Source: an uncultured Rivularia sp. (GTDB lineage Bacteria; Cyanobacteriota; Cyanobacteriia; Cyanobacteriales; Nostocaceae). From it: DNA of 64,000 nt. How positions within the stretch are numbered: the stretch's first letter is position 1; each line of letters begins with the position of its first letter. Location: NCBI GenBank assembly GCA_963665115.1, contig OY762007.1:2240001-2304000 (forward strand). The letters are read 5' to 3'. The notes under the pieces were generated by a model. It saw only the letters and a program-made list of their open reading frames with translations. It was not told where the DNA came from and made no database searches. Below are positions 31,504 to 40,742 of the stretch, piece by piece. The position numbers and the translations under genes were made by a program.

Positions 31504-32523
31504 TTAAACCCAAAATTTTACCTCTACCGATTTATCCGGAAGTTGCCTTGGATCTTTTCCTGCTAAAATGCGATCGCGAATTGACTCGACAAAAATATGG
31601 ATGGTGTCAGCAGGGGTATTAGCAAATTGGGTTCCATACTTTTCGATTACTTGCCACTGAATCTTTAAAGCTTGAATATCTTGCTGGATAATATGCTGTG
31701 TAGTCCAATGTACGAGGGGCTTTGCCAGTTTAGTCCATATGCCATAGTTATAGGTTACATAGGTATAAACCAAAGTGGAATCTTCTGTTTCTGGAATGCA
31801 TTGGCTGGTGATGAAAAGTCTTCTGTTAGGGGATATATCGTATTCAACGCTGGTAACATTCGGCATATGAAAGCTATCGATATGGCGAATTTTATGATTT
31901 TTACGATTGAGAAATTTTGCAAACCAGCCTATATTATTGGTTTCGTTACGGTATTCTGCAAACACGCTACCGTTGCGTCTTTCTACAGTCATTTCTAGCT
32001 GTTGTTTGCTGGGTTTGCGAAAAATCCCAGGATGCACTGAAGCGGTATGAGGAACATCAATAAAATTTTCTGCACAGTTAGTGACGTTATTACGAAAGCG
32101 ATTGATAACTTTTACAGTTTCCCATCCCGGCTGTTGGTACTCAGGCATTTTGAAAGGTGCAAATTCCTCCAAAGGTGACGATAAGCGCACGTAAACGAAA
32201 CCATCTTCTTCTTTAGTTTGATAAAGTTGGTTTTTTCGCATTTTGCTTGAACAAAAATTCTCTCCTTCCGAAGGTACGGTAACAACCTTGCCGGTATCAT
32301 CGTAAACCCAACCGTGGTAAGGACATTCGAGCTTGCCCTGACAAACTTTACCTTTTGATAAACGGGTATTTCTGTGAATGCACCTATCTTGTAAAGCAAC
32401 AGGTTTACCATCTTCCCCACGGAAAACTGCCAGCCATTCACCTAAAATTGTTCGTGAAAGGACTTGATTTGGTTTTAATTGGTTGCTCAAAGCGACAACA
32501 TACCAAAAATCTTCAAGTTTCAT
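31504..32523 (-). CDS. Rieske non-heme iron oxygenase
   Basis: CIH...CPYH Rieske ligands; ENFIDVPHTASVH mononuclear Fe site. Confidence 0.92.
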   Translation of the reverse strand: MKLEDFWYVVALSNQLKPNQVLSRTILGEWLAVFRGEDGKPVALQDRCIHRNTRLSKGKVCQGKLECPYHGWVYDDTGKVVTVPSEGENFCSSKMRKNQLYQTKEEDGFVYVRLSSPLEEFAPFKMPEYQQPGWETVKVINRFRNNVTNCAENFIDVPHTASVHPGIFRKPSKQQLEMTVERRNGSVFAEYRNETNNIGWFAKFLNRKNHKIRHIDSFHMPNVTSVEYDISPNRRLFITSQCIPETEDSTLVYTYVTYNYGIWTKLAKPLVHWTTQHIIQQDIQALKIQWQVIEKYGTQFANTPADTIHIFVESIRDRILAGKDPRQLPDKSVEVKFWV

Positions 32524-32609
32524 AATGTTGTTAGTGGATAGTTGTTAGTTGATTGAAATACCTGGCGAATGTAATTCACTGCTACACAGGCAAAGTCCAC
32601 CTGCGTGGA

Positions 32610-32897
32610 CTATTTTATTGTTGTAATTTGAATATTATTAGTTAACTGAATTTGACAAGCTAATCTTGCCTTTGGATTTTCTGGATCTAGTACTTCTAAA
32701 AGTTCTATTTCCTCTTCCGATGCAGGTGGAATATCTCCTTCTACAGCTACAATACAAGTGCCACAAATTCCAGTACGACAACCGAAAAGTATCGGTGAGT
32801 TTTCTACAGTTAAATGTTCGGCAAGGTTTTGATTTATTTCTAATTCAATCGGTTGATAATTTGTTTCTGGAAATTGAATAATACATTTTTTAGTCAT
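32610..32897 (-). CDS. 2Fe-2S ferredoxin
   Basis: CRTGICGTC ... RLACQ. Confidence 0.92.
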   Translation of the reverse strand: MTKKCIIQFPETNYQPIELEINQNLAEHLTVENSPILFGCRTGICGTCIVAVEGDIPPASEEEIELLEVLDPENPKARLACQIQLTNNIQITTIK

Positions 32898-33027
32898 ATT
32901 TATAAGTTATTTACTATTAACTATTCCTAATACTCTTTAAGACGACTTATCTCTCTTAATTTCTTTCCTCTGCGTCTCTGCGTCTAGTAAGGTTTATTAT
33001 CTTATAATGCCTCTACAAATCAATAAT

Positions 33028-34062
33028 TTATTTTTTATTTGACCATATTGAAGGTTGAAGTCGATTTACATAGCTCATATATTTAACCAACGGCTCATCA
33101 ATAGTTAAAAGAGCATTTGGATTATAACGAATATTGTCATAAATCATTCCATCTTCACCACGTAAGAAATAGTAAGCTAGTTTCGTCATAAATAACAAAA
33201 ATCTACTTATCAACCAACCAATAATTCCTTTTCTTTTTTTAGTTATATAAATAGGCTGAATTCTAGTTTTTCTACCTTCTAAAGGTGTATAGGCATAAAT
33301 CATATGCAAAGAAGGTATAAATCGCACTTTTTTCATGATAGTTAGCAATCCTATACAGCCATCGGCGTATCTCATGGTGTATTCGTAATCATCGCCGAGT
33401 ATTCTTTTAGCAATTTTCTCTCTAGATGTAGTTTGTGGAAACTTACCACTAAGGGTAAAATCAATGATATTTCCAGATTTATTTTCCTCTAGCGATAAAT
33501 CCATTTTGATATTTAGTTTATGTACGGTTTGAAGATGTTGAGCATCAATTCCGTTCATCATACAAATATGATGATGACAATTGCGTTCAAATGCTTTGTC
33601 GTATGATGTAACAAGAGATTTATTTTTTAATTCACCAAACTCTGCAATCTCTGGTGCTTTTTCCTCTGGATAAACCCAAATAAAACCATATTTTTCGTCA
33701 GTAGCATAAGATTGCAACTTGGCTTTTTGAGGAATATTTGATTGACAGGGAATATCTTGACATTTACCTTCACCATCAAATGCCCAATGATGGAAGAAAC
33801 AGCGAATTAAATTACCATCGACTTTCCCAATTGCTAAATCGGTTCCTAAATGGGGACAGTAAGCATCTAATGCCCTAACTTCATTATCTTTACCGCGAAA
33901 AATCACTATTTTCTGTCCGCAAATAGTAAAAGATTTGGCTTTGCCTTGGGATATGTCTTTACTCAGACAAACTATATACCAACCTTTAGTAACAACGTCC
34001 CAATTATTAAATACTTCCATCTTTATTAATGGTTGGGTATTTTTGTTTTGTAATGAGTTCAT
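33028..34062 (-). CDS. Rieske non-heme iron oxygenase
   Basis: CPH...CFFH; NGIDAQHLQTVH. Confidence 0.92.
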   Translation of the reverse strand: MNSLQNKNTQPLIKMEVFNNWDVVTKGWYIVCLSKDISQGKAKSFTICGQKIVIFRGKDNEVRALDAYCPHLGTDLAIGKVDGNLIRCFFHHWAFDGEGKCQDIPCQSNIPQKAKLQSYATDEKYGFIWVYPEEKAPEIAEFGELKNKSLVTSYDKAFERNCHHHICMMNGIDAQHLQTVHKLNIKMDLSLEENKSGNIIDFTLSGKFPQTTSREKIAKRILGDDYEYTMRYADGCIGLLTIMKKVRFIPSLHMIYAYTPLEGRKTRIQPIYITKKRKGIIGWLISRFLLFMTKLAYYFLRGEDGMIYDNIRYNPNALLTIDEPLVKYMSYVNRLQPSIWSNKK

Positions 34063-34077
34063 GTAATTAATTGACTC

Positions 34078-34254
34078 TTATTGATTTTTAGCATCAAGAA
34101 TAAACAGAATTGATCCGATAGTAAATAATATTCCTCCGCAGACAGAAGAAATAGAATAAAAGGATATCTCTTTAAATAAATCGATAAAAGAATTGTTCGT
34201 AAATAGAAGAGAACCAATTAGAAACAAATAACTTCCTAATAACGTATAGCTCAT
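34078..34254 (-). CDS. Small two-TM protein (YrhK-like, 58 aa; not in ORF track)
   Basis: MSYTLLGSYLFLIGSLLF...GGILFTIGSILFILDAKNQ; repeated LFxIGS motif; starts 2 bp after the upstream stop. Confidence 0.7.
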   Translation of the reverse strand: MSYTLLGSYLFLIGSLLFTNNSFIDLFKEISFYSISSVCGGILFTIGSILFILDAKNQ

Positions 34255-34256
34255 AA

Positions 34257-35426
34257 TTAATCGTGTTGATTATTAATTACCCATTTTTTAAAAGCTTTTC
34301 TTTGCCGATTCAAATATCGAGAAGTAGAATTTTCAGCCATCAAAGACATTTCACGGTTGCTTTTCCATAGATAATCCAGAGATTGCAGATAAACTTTATA
34401 GGATTCCATCGCTTCATGATGAGTTTGAAAGCTGTTGTGTAACGCTTCCGTCTCTTCAGTAAAACAACGACGCATCATATCTTTCGCATCTGCATCGCTC
34501 ATCCCGAAAATGCGCGATCGCAATACTTTGTAAATCGCTGAATACAGTGCAGCATCGTACCAAAATATCCCGTTGACTGCCACAGAACAATGATAATGGT
34601 CTTTTTGACAGCCGCGTACTCCTAAGTTTGCAACCAGTTTCTCAAAGTCGGTAGGAGGTTTGATGCAGTTAATTACATCGTGGGAAATTATAGTTGAACT
34701 ATTAAAATGAAAGCTTTCATCCATAAAATGATAGTAGGAAATTTTTGCGGGGATGGGTGCATCTTCCGGATTAAGATGTTTTTGATAATAATTGCTGAGC
34801 TTATGTTGAACTAACTTACCGTTAAGAGTACGCACGCCCCTAACTGTAAAATACTGACAAGCAAGAAATGTATTATCTGCGGATATTAATCCAAAAGCTT
34901 GTAGCTGAAGTTTTTTCCATTGTTGCTTGAGCAAGTTGGTATCAGTAAACACCATAGTTTCTGTATAAGGGCCGCGCATTGGGTAGCTGAAAATACGTTC
35001 TTCAAACAGCTTTAATTCGACTTCTTTAGAGATGGTTTTGAAAGCATTAATATGGGCGCGTTCCTGTGAAGATTCCAAATCGAGCATATCGCAGATCGAA
35101 CGAAAATCCTCTTGAGCATACAATCCAGCAGCGCTAGTTTGGTTAAAAAAGATAGTCGCAATTTCAGCAGAAATGATTTGAGAATAGTAAGCTACCCAGT
35201 AAAGTTGATTGAGAATAATTCTTTGACTTGGACTTGATTCTAACCATAAAGGCGTACCAAAAAGTAACGAGAACTCTTCTGGATTCCAGTATTCATTTTT
35301 GCAATCATCATACTTAAAATCAGTCGCAGCTTGATCTAATAATTCCGTACAATCTTGCTGTTTATTACGTTTATAGTTAATTTGCAACTTACGGCAGACT
35401 TGTTGATTTTCTAAAAGCATTTTCAA
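34257..35426 (-). CDS. AurF/CylC-like dimetal-carboxylate enzyme (putative halogenase/oxygenase)
   Basis: YYSQIISAE, ESSQERAH and HFMDESFH metal motifs; YWNPEEFSLLFGTPLW resembles cyanobacterial CylC-family proteins (recalled, not searched). Confidence 0.8.
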   Translation of the reverse strand: MKMLLENQQVCRKLQINYKRNKQQDCTELLDQAATDFKYDDCKNEYWNPEEFSLLFGTPLWLESSPSQRIILNQLYWVAYYSQIISAEIATIFFNQTSAAGLYAQEDFRSICDMLDLESSQERAHINAFKTISKEVELKLFEERIFSYPMRGPYTETMVFTDTNLLKQQWKKLQLQAFGLISADNTFLACQYFTVRGVRTLNGKLVQHKLSNYYQKHLNPEDAPIPAKISYYHFMDESFHFNSSTIISHDVINCIKPPTDFEKLVANLGVRGCQKDHYHCSVAVNGIFWYDAALYSAIYKVLRSRIFGMSDADAKDMMRRCFTEETEALHNSFQTHHEAMESYKVYLQSLDYLWKSNREMSLMAENSTSRYLNRQRKAFKKWVINNQHD

Positions 35427-35450
35427 TTATCAATTATCAGTTATCAATTA

Positions 35451-35626
35451 AGCTGATGTGCAGCTAAACTCTATAAAACGTTAGCGTTCACCGAAGGTGC
35501 GGCTCAGCGTGTCCGAAGGACATACAGCATATTTAGTTTTGGTGAAGTACATTCTGACGGGCAGGGATGCCCATCCCACAAGACTTTCGGAATATAGTTT
35601 TGTACCTCATTTAGCTGCAAAGGGCT
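35451..35626. mobile_element. MITE-like element with nested mini-hairpins
   Basis: TGCAGCTAAA(35459)...TTTAGCTGCA(35619); internal CACCGAAGGTG, TGTCCGAAGGACA and GGGCAGGGATGCCC hairpins. Confidence 0.6.
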
Positions 35627-35732
35627 GTAAATCTAAAATTATTGTAGTGCGGGCATCTTGCCCGCCAGAAAAATACAAATAAAATGCACGACACCCTACT
35701 TACAAATTTGAGAATATTTTTCTACTCTCTTT

Positions 35733-36638
35733 CTAAAAAACACATTGACTGGGTTTTAAAGCTTGAAAACTTCCCTTAATATCCAGATTTTCAAGTATAT
35801 TTTTAGCATTGGGTAAATCAATCAAATTGCGTAACAATTTCAAGCGACTTCCACTATGATTTTCAGTATCAAGTTGTGCAAAAATATTAATTTTATCTTC
35901 TTTTGATAAATGTCCTTTGACTTGTTCAATTGCTTTAACAACACTTTGAGGCCCCAGTTGCACCATTTGTAAAAACATTGCTAATATTTCCACAATATAT
36001 TGACTAGATTTACTTAGCGATATATTCTCAAACAGCGTTACTCCGGTAGCGTGATGTCGGCTTTCATCTTGCAAAAAACCTTGCAATATCGATTTTAATT
36101 GAGGATTTTGACAATATGAAGCAATACTGCGGTAATGAGTTAAACCCCACCCTTCTAAAACGACTTGCAGCACAAATAATAAAACTGTTTTATCATCGCT
36201 TTCTACCACCTTTTCCAGCAAATCTAAAAATGGGTTGTTGCTTACTTCCGGAGTCGGTAAAAAACTACTAATTTGTGCAAAATGGGTTACTTCATCCGCA
36301 GCAAATAAACCATAAAGCATTCTTTCCTCAGTGGTTTCTGCTAGCAAAATCATTTTCGCCATATAGCCCATGCCAGCTTTTTCGATAAAATAAGCTTCCT
36401 CCAAAATTCCTAAATTGCAAAGTTGTAAAATAGAACTTTGTTCCCCAGGTGTGGAATCTTTAAAAATTTTGACTTTATCGAGATTAAAATAATTAGCATT
36501 CCAGTAATTAACTAAAGTAGATCTATTTTCATAATATCTATTTGTTTTTTCAAGTGCTGAAGATAGAATTCGATTTAATTTATCTTTTGAATTAATATCA
36601 GGTAAATCTAATCCAGCAATAGTATATTGTCGATCCAT
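35733..36638 (-). CDS. Ferritin-like diiron-carboxylate protein
   Basis: EAYFIE, DEVTH, LEGWG and DESRH paired E...DExxH motifs. Confidence 0.85.
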   Translation of the reverse strand: MDRQYTIAGLDLPDINSKDKLNRILSSALEKTNRYYENRSTLVNYWNANYFNLDKVKIFKDSTPGEQSSILQLCNLGILEEAYFIEKAGMGYMAKMILLAETTEERMLYGLFAADEVTHFAQISSFLPTPEVSNNPFLDLLEKVVESDDKTVLLFVLQVVLEGWGLTHYRSIASYCQNPQLKSILQGFLQDESRHHATGVTLFENISLSKSSQYIVEILAMFLQMVQLGPQSVVKAIEQVKGHLSKEDKINIFAQLDTENHSGSRLKLLRNLIDLPNAKNILENLDIKGSFQALKPSQCVF

Positions 36639-36695
36639 GATTTTATATTTTAAGCTACTAACTAAGAGTTGAATATCTGAAAATTTATTAAAAGG

Positions 36696-36754
36696 GTTTG
36701 TAGTAGCGCTTCAGCGCCTCCGGATTCATGAGGCGCTGAAGCGCTACTACGAAC
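36696..36754. repeat. REP-like inverted repeat with a perfect 21-bp stem
   Basis: GTAGTAGCGCTTCAGCGCCTC(36700-36720) / GAGGCGCTGAAGCGCTACTAC(36730-36750). Confidence 0.9.
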
Positions 36755-36895
36755 TTTAATTATTCATGACTTATAAAGTGGAGCTGGCAAAAGTTCAAGT
36801 TTATTTAAGCTTATTAAAAATGATAAAAACGTAAATTGAAACCTACTAATATAAACATTAAAGTAAATAAAATATTCTATTCTTAACTTTCCTTC

Positions 36896-37153
36896 TTACT
36901 CTTGCGATTTTAAACAGCTGGGAATAACCATAGGATGAGATTCTTTTTCAAAGCTACGATCTTTCGGTAAAACCATAGGATGAGAATTCTCTTCAGTTTT
37001 GTTATTCGCGAATTTTTTTCCCGGTATAAGCATCTCCGAGTCCTCATGAGGGCAGATTTCGGCTTTTTTCTGAGAATTTGCACCGCAAGCAGCAAAAATA
37101 ATTACTATCAGGGAGTTGAAAAGGATTGAACGAACTGTAAGGGCTTTTTTCAC
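36896..37153 (-). CDS. Small lipoprotein with repeated SHPMV(L/I)P motif
   Basis: GTG start at 37153 gives MKKALTVRSILFNSLIVIIFAA-C lipoprotein signal; motif present twice plus a degenerate DSEMLIP. Confidence 0.65.
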   Translation of the reverse strand: MKKALTVRSILFNSLIVIIFAACGANSQKKAEICPHEDSEMLIPGKKFANNKTEENSHPMVLPKDRSFEKESHPMVIPSCLKSQE

Positions 37154-37225
37154 GATCGAATATTTGATTAATATATTTCTTGTAATTATTGTTGTTTGGT
37201 TAACCTTCAATCTAGTTGTTTCAAT

Positions 37226-37303
37226 TTTTGTAACGCTTTAGTACTCCACCACATTAAATCTCCAAATTCCGTAAAGTGAGGCGCTAAAGCGCTACTACAA
37301 ACC
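37226..37303. repeat. REP-like element (intact right arm, decayed left arm)
   Basis: GAGGCGCTAAAGCGCTACTACAAACC at 37278-37303. Confidence 0.7.
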
Positions 37304-37306
37304 TAA

Positions 37307-38401
37307 TTAATCATTCGCTTCTCCTTTTGATTCCACCATCTCTGCTTTTTTTTGTCTTTGTCTTTCTTGTTCCTCGTTTATGGGTTCCCAACTTTCCCAA
37401 CGTAAGGCTTTTTGTGTTTCTACATTTTGGATAAATTGCAAAATGGCATTATCTGCTTTAGTTGGTGTTTGAAAGTCGAAGTTGATTGTTTGAAATATCT
37501 GAGTATCTCCGGAAGCAAAGTAGTTACCCACCAACTTTGTCAGCAAAAGTACCGCTCTGTTGAACAACCAACCGAAAACACCCCGACGCTTTTTAGTTAT
37601 TAGAATGGTTTGTCCCTCTGCTTTCCCGCCTTCAAGCAAACGCAAAGCAAACATAATATGAAAATGTAGAAAATCGGGTCCTAAAGTTACTGTGCCAATA
37701 CTTCCATACCAATAACACATATTATAAGTAACGGCTTTTTTGTAAAAAGGGCGGATTAATTTCATCAGAAACGAATCTTCGCCACCCCTAGTAATGTTGT
37801 TAAAAATAATCGCATTATCATTGAGTTGCTGCTTGCGAAAAACAATCTCTAAGGGTAGATTGTGAACCGTATTAAAATGATGAGCATCGATAGCATTAAT
37901 CATCACCACGTTGGGATGACAGTTTTTCACAAACTCAGAAGTTACAAGACTATCACATTCATAATTTTCTAATTCTGGAACAAACGGTAAGGGTTGAGCA
38001 TGAGTTTCACCCACCCAAACCCATATCATGCCGTATTTTTCGGCAACGTGCCAGGTTTTCAACTGCAACGGAAGACTCGTTCCCAAACAAGGAACATCAA
38101 CGCAATTACCTTGACTATCAAACTTCCAATTATGAAATAAACAACGCAATCCCTTACCTTCAACTTTACCTTCGGCAAGGTGAGCGCCCATATGAGGACA
38201 CTTAGCGTCAAAGCAAACTAGTTCACCATCAATATTCCGGTAAATTGCTAACTCTTTACCCAGTAACGAAACCGCTTTGACTTGTCCTTTTCGCAACTTT
38301 TTGGCAGGAATAGCCCAATACCAACCTTCAATAAACCGCCTTGGATGGTTAAATATTTGCGTGTAACGATATGAACTAATAGTATTTGGTACGGCTTTCA
38401 T
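37307..38401 (-). CDS. Rieske non-heme iron oxygenase
   Basis: CPH...CLFH; NAIDAHHFNTVH; visibly paralogous to 33028-34062. Confidence 0.92.
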   Translation of the reverse strand: MKAVPNTISSYRYTQIFNHPRRFIEGWYWAIPAKKLRKGQVKAVSLLGKELAIYRNIDGELVCFDAKCPHMGAHLAEGKVEGKGLRCLFHNWKFDSQGNCVDVPCLGTSLPLQLKTWHVAEKYGMIWVWVGETHAQPLPFVPELENYECDSLVTSEFVKNCHPNVVMINAIDAHHFNTVHNLPLEIVFRKQQLNDNAIIFNNITRGGEDSFLMKLIRPFYKKAVTYNMCYWYGSIGTVTLGPDFLHFHIMFALRLLEGGKAEGQTILITKKRRGVFGWLFNRAVLLLTKLVGNYFASGDTQIFQTINFDFQTPTKADNAILQFIQNVETQKALRWESWEPINEEQERQRQKKAEMVESKGEAND

Positions 38402-38572
38402 GTCATTTTCATTACCGGAAGTTCCGGGTTTTAAATAAGTTGTATTTAAAAGCGTTATATCAAGGATGAGTAATTTTTAGTGTGTTGAAAGCATCACCTC
38501 GAAACTATTCAACGCCCTCTATTTCAACCCGACCGCATTTTTAGTTTTAAAGCGAACTTTGAAACAGGACTT

Positions 38573-39325
38573 TTAAACCGGAATTTTAAAGTCGGAATTT
38601 TTATCTTCGCTCTTACAATTTGTATTTGCAAACCACATTCTACGTCCGGCACGAGTCAAATTTTCCTCGCAAATCTCCGTAAAACAAACTAATTCATCAC
38701 CATTAAGATGCCCTGGGTTGAGCGTCTGGAAAAACTGAATATGCGGATCTCGCAATCTTTGAACGGGTATACCGTGCAAGCCATCTCGGAGTTTGTGGGG
38801 ATGGGGAAAACGAACCACACCAGTTTTAATATTATAATTTTCGCCAAAACGTTTGACAGATAAATCTTGCATCAAATTCAAAATACGTTCGGGGGTTACG
38901 GAGTCGTAGCAGGGATAAAACTCTTTCCAAAATAAGGGTAAAAAACGATAGGTGCGATAACCACCAGAAATTAATAGCCAGTAGAGTTTTCCTTTACAGT
39001 ATTCCCGGCGTAATTTATTTATCGAAGCTATCCAGCCCGTAGATAGAGCCGAACTTGACCAAGCGGTAGGATCTACAATAGTATCTCCAGAAAATACAAT
39101 GCTAATATTTTCACCTTCAAAATAGGTGTCGTACATTAGTAATGTAGAAAAACCTTTTAATTGATTTGTTTCTTCATCTTTAATTAAGATTACCCAATTT
39201 TTACTATCCAAATCGTTGTTGAATACGTCTCTCTTAACTCCTTCAAAGTGATTCGTTAAAAGCGCAAACATTTCTTCTACATCCAAAGCCGACAAATCGC
39301 TGGTGCTAATTAAATTACTATTCAT
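38573..39325 (-). CDS. Hypothetical GNAT-fold-like protein, first gene of the cluster
   Basis: LKGFST, FSGDTIVDP and LYWLLISGGYRTYR pattern suggests an acyl-CoA N-acyltransferase fold (inference). Confidence 0.55.
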   Translation of the reverse strand: MNSNLISTSDLSALDVEEMFALLTNHFEGVKRDVFNNDLDSKNWVILIKDEETNQLKGFSTLLMYDTYFEGENISIVFSGDTIVDPTAWSSSALSTGWIASINKLRREYCKGKLYWLLISGGYRTYRFLPLFWKEFYPCYDSVTPERILNLMQDLSVKRFGENYNIKTGVVRFPHPHKLRDGLHGIPVQRLRDPHIQFFQTLNPGHLNGDELVCFTEICEENLTRAGRRMWFANTNCKSEDKNSDFKIPV

Positions 39326-40559
39326 TTTTATCAATATTTTCTATTTACTTATTATCAACTATAGTTTTTTATTCTAGAAAGTTATTAAATGTATGTGTCA
39401 GATAGTTATCTGTCCAGGGTATTTTCACAGAAAAATATATCTATAAATAAATCCTAATAGATTGATATGCATAGCTTTGAGATTGTGAACTATCTCTTTT
39501 ACAAAAAATATCCCGCTCAATTAATAATATGAATTATTGTAAACTACTAAAAACTTCATCCCGCTTCATGTCGATTCAGCTATGTTCAATTAATATCTTA
39601 GTGATTGTTATATCTTCTAAGCAAAATGATAAATAATAGTAGACTATCTGACTAGAAATTGATGTTGAGAATATAAAAAAAATATCTAAATTTTAGTGGT
39701 TTGAGTATTCTTTAATAGTAATAATGGCAAAATATACTTTAGATAGGATATTTATTTCATTTGCTGTAGTGCAAGCATTTTGCTCGCGACTCCATATAAA
39801 TAAGGAGTTATTTATTTCCTCCCCATAAATATTAGTGTAAAAACCTTATGCTTCCGGTAATAGAAGCGCGATCGCCATGCTATTACTTTCAATATAGAAT
39901 AATTTATCTAGCAAGCCGGTGTTATCTTTATTTTCTTATTTTTTTATACTTCATTGTAGTTACCTACTCCGTATTTCGTTAAAAATATTGAGTCTTTATC
40001 AAAAAAACTAGCTCCCATGAAGTGAAAAGCTAATTTTTACAGACTCTACAGTCGAGCTAATCCCTGATATAGGGCATATTTACCAGATATATGTTCGATT
40101 CCATGTAAAATGCGCTACAATAATTCCAGCTTTGGCTGACGACATAATTTTAGTGCATCTACATTTAAAGTCAGGGTTGCATCTTCAAACTCAATTTTTT
40201 TTCTACGTAATGGCATCTTAAGATTACTGTTGCTACTTCTCTACAAGATAGCTGAGCAACTAATTTTACTGTTTTATAACAATTTGATTCTCTTTGAGAA
40301 AGATTTCAGCAAATTTCTCAGCAATAATTGTGATTTTGATATAAAAACCCTCAAAATGGGCAAACTAAACTGAAAAAATAATTAAATATTTTTGCACTTT
40401 TTGCTTGGATAGAATATCAAGTAATTTTGGATTTACGATTTTAAATTTTAAATTATCTCTGAAAGTATTGCCATAGCTGAAGTTACAGGCATATTTTTTG
40501 AATTATTTAAAGCTAAAAATCTAAAATCTGTTATGGCTGACATAAAAACTTGATTTTGG

Positions 40560-40662
40560 GGGAGCATCTCAATTTTTTTAACATATTGTAGTGGGAGCGT
40601 CTCGCTCCCTCGTAGTAAATAGCGAGCTCGTACTACTAATTTAAATCCGTAGGGATGCTCCC
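40560..40662. mobile_element. MITE-like element with nested REP-like palindrome
   Basis: GGGAGCATCTC ... GGGATGCTCCC TIRs; internal GTAGTGGGAGCGTCTCGCTCCC. Confidence 0.65.
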
Positions 40663-40742
40663 AATTTTGGGGTTAGCTCTATCTATCTAAATTAAAGCTG
40701 CTTTGTTTAATTATTCTAATCCAGGGAAAAATCTACATATTA

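Noticed and set aside
35497..35682. 61-aa ORF (GRDAHPT...VVRASCPP)
   Set aside because: Translation of MITE/REP sequence.
39850..40330. Possible decayed gene on the minus strand of the long intergenic region
   Set aside because: Many stops in the frames read and no recognisable motif; cannot be supported without a search.
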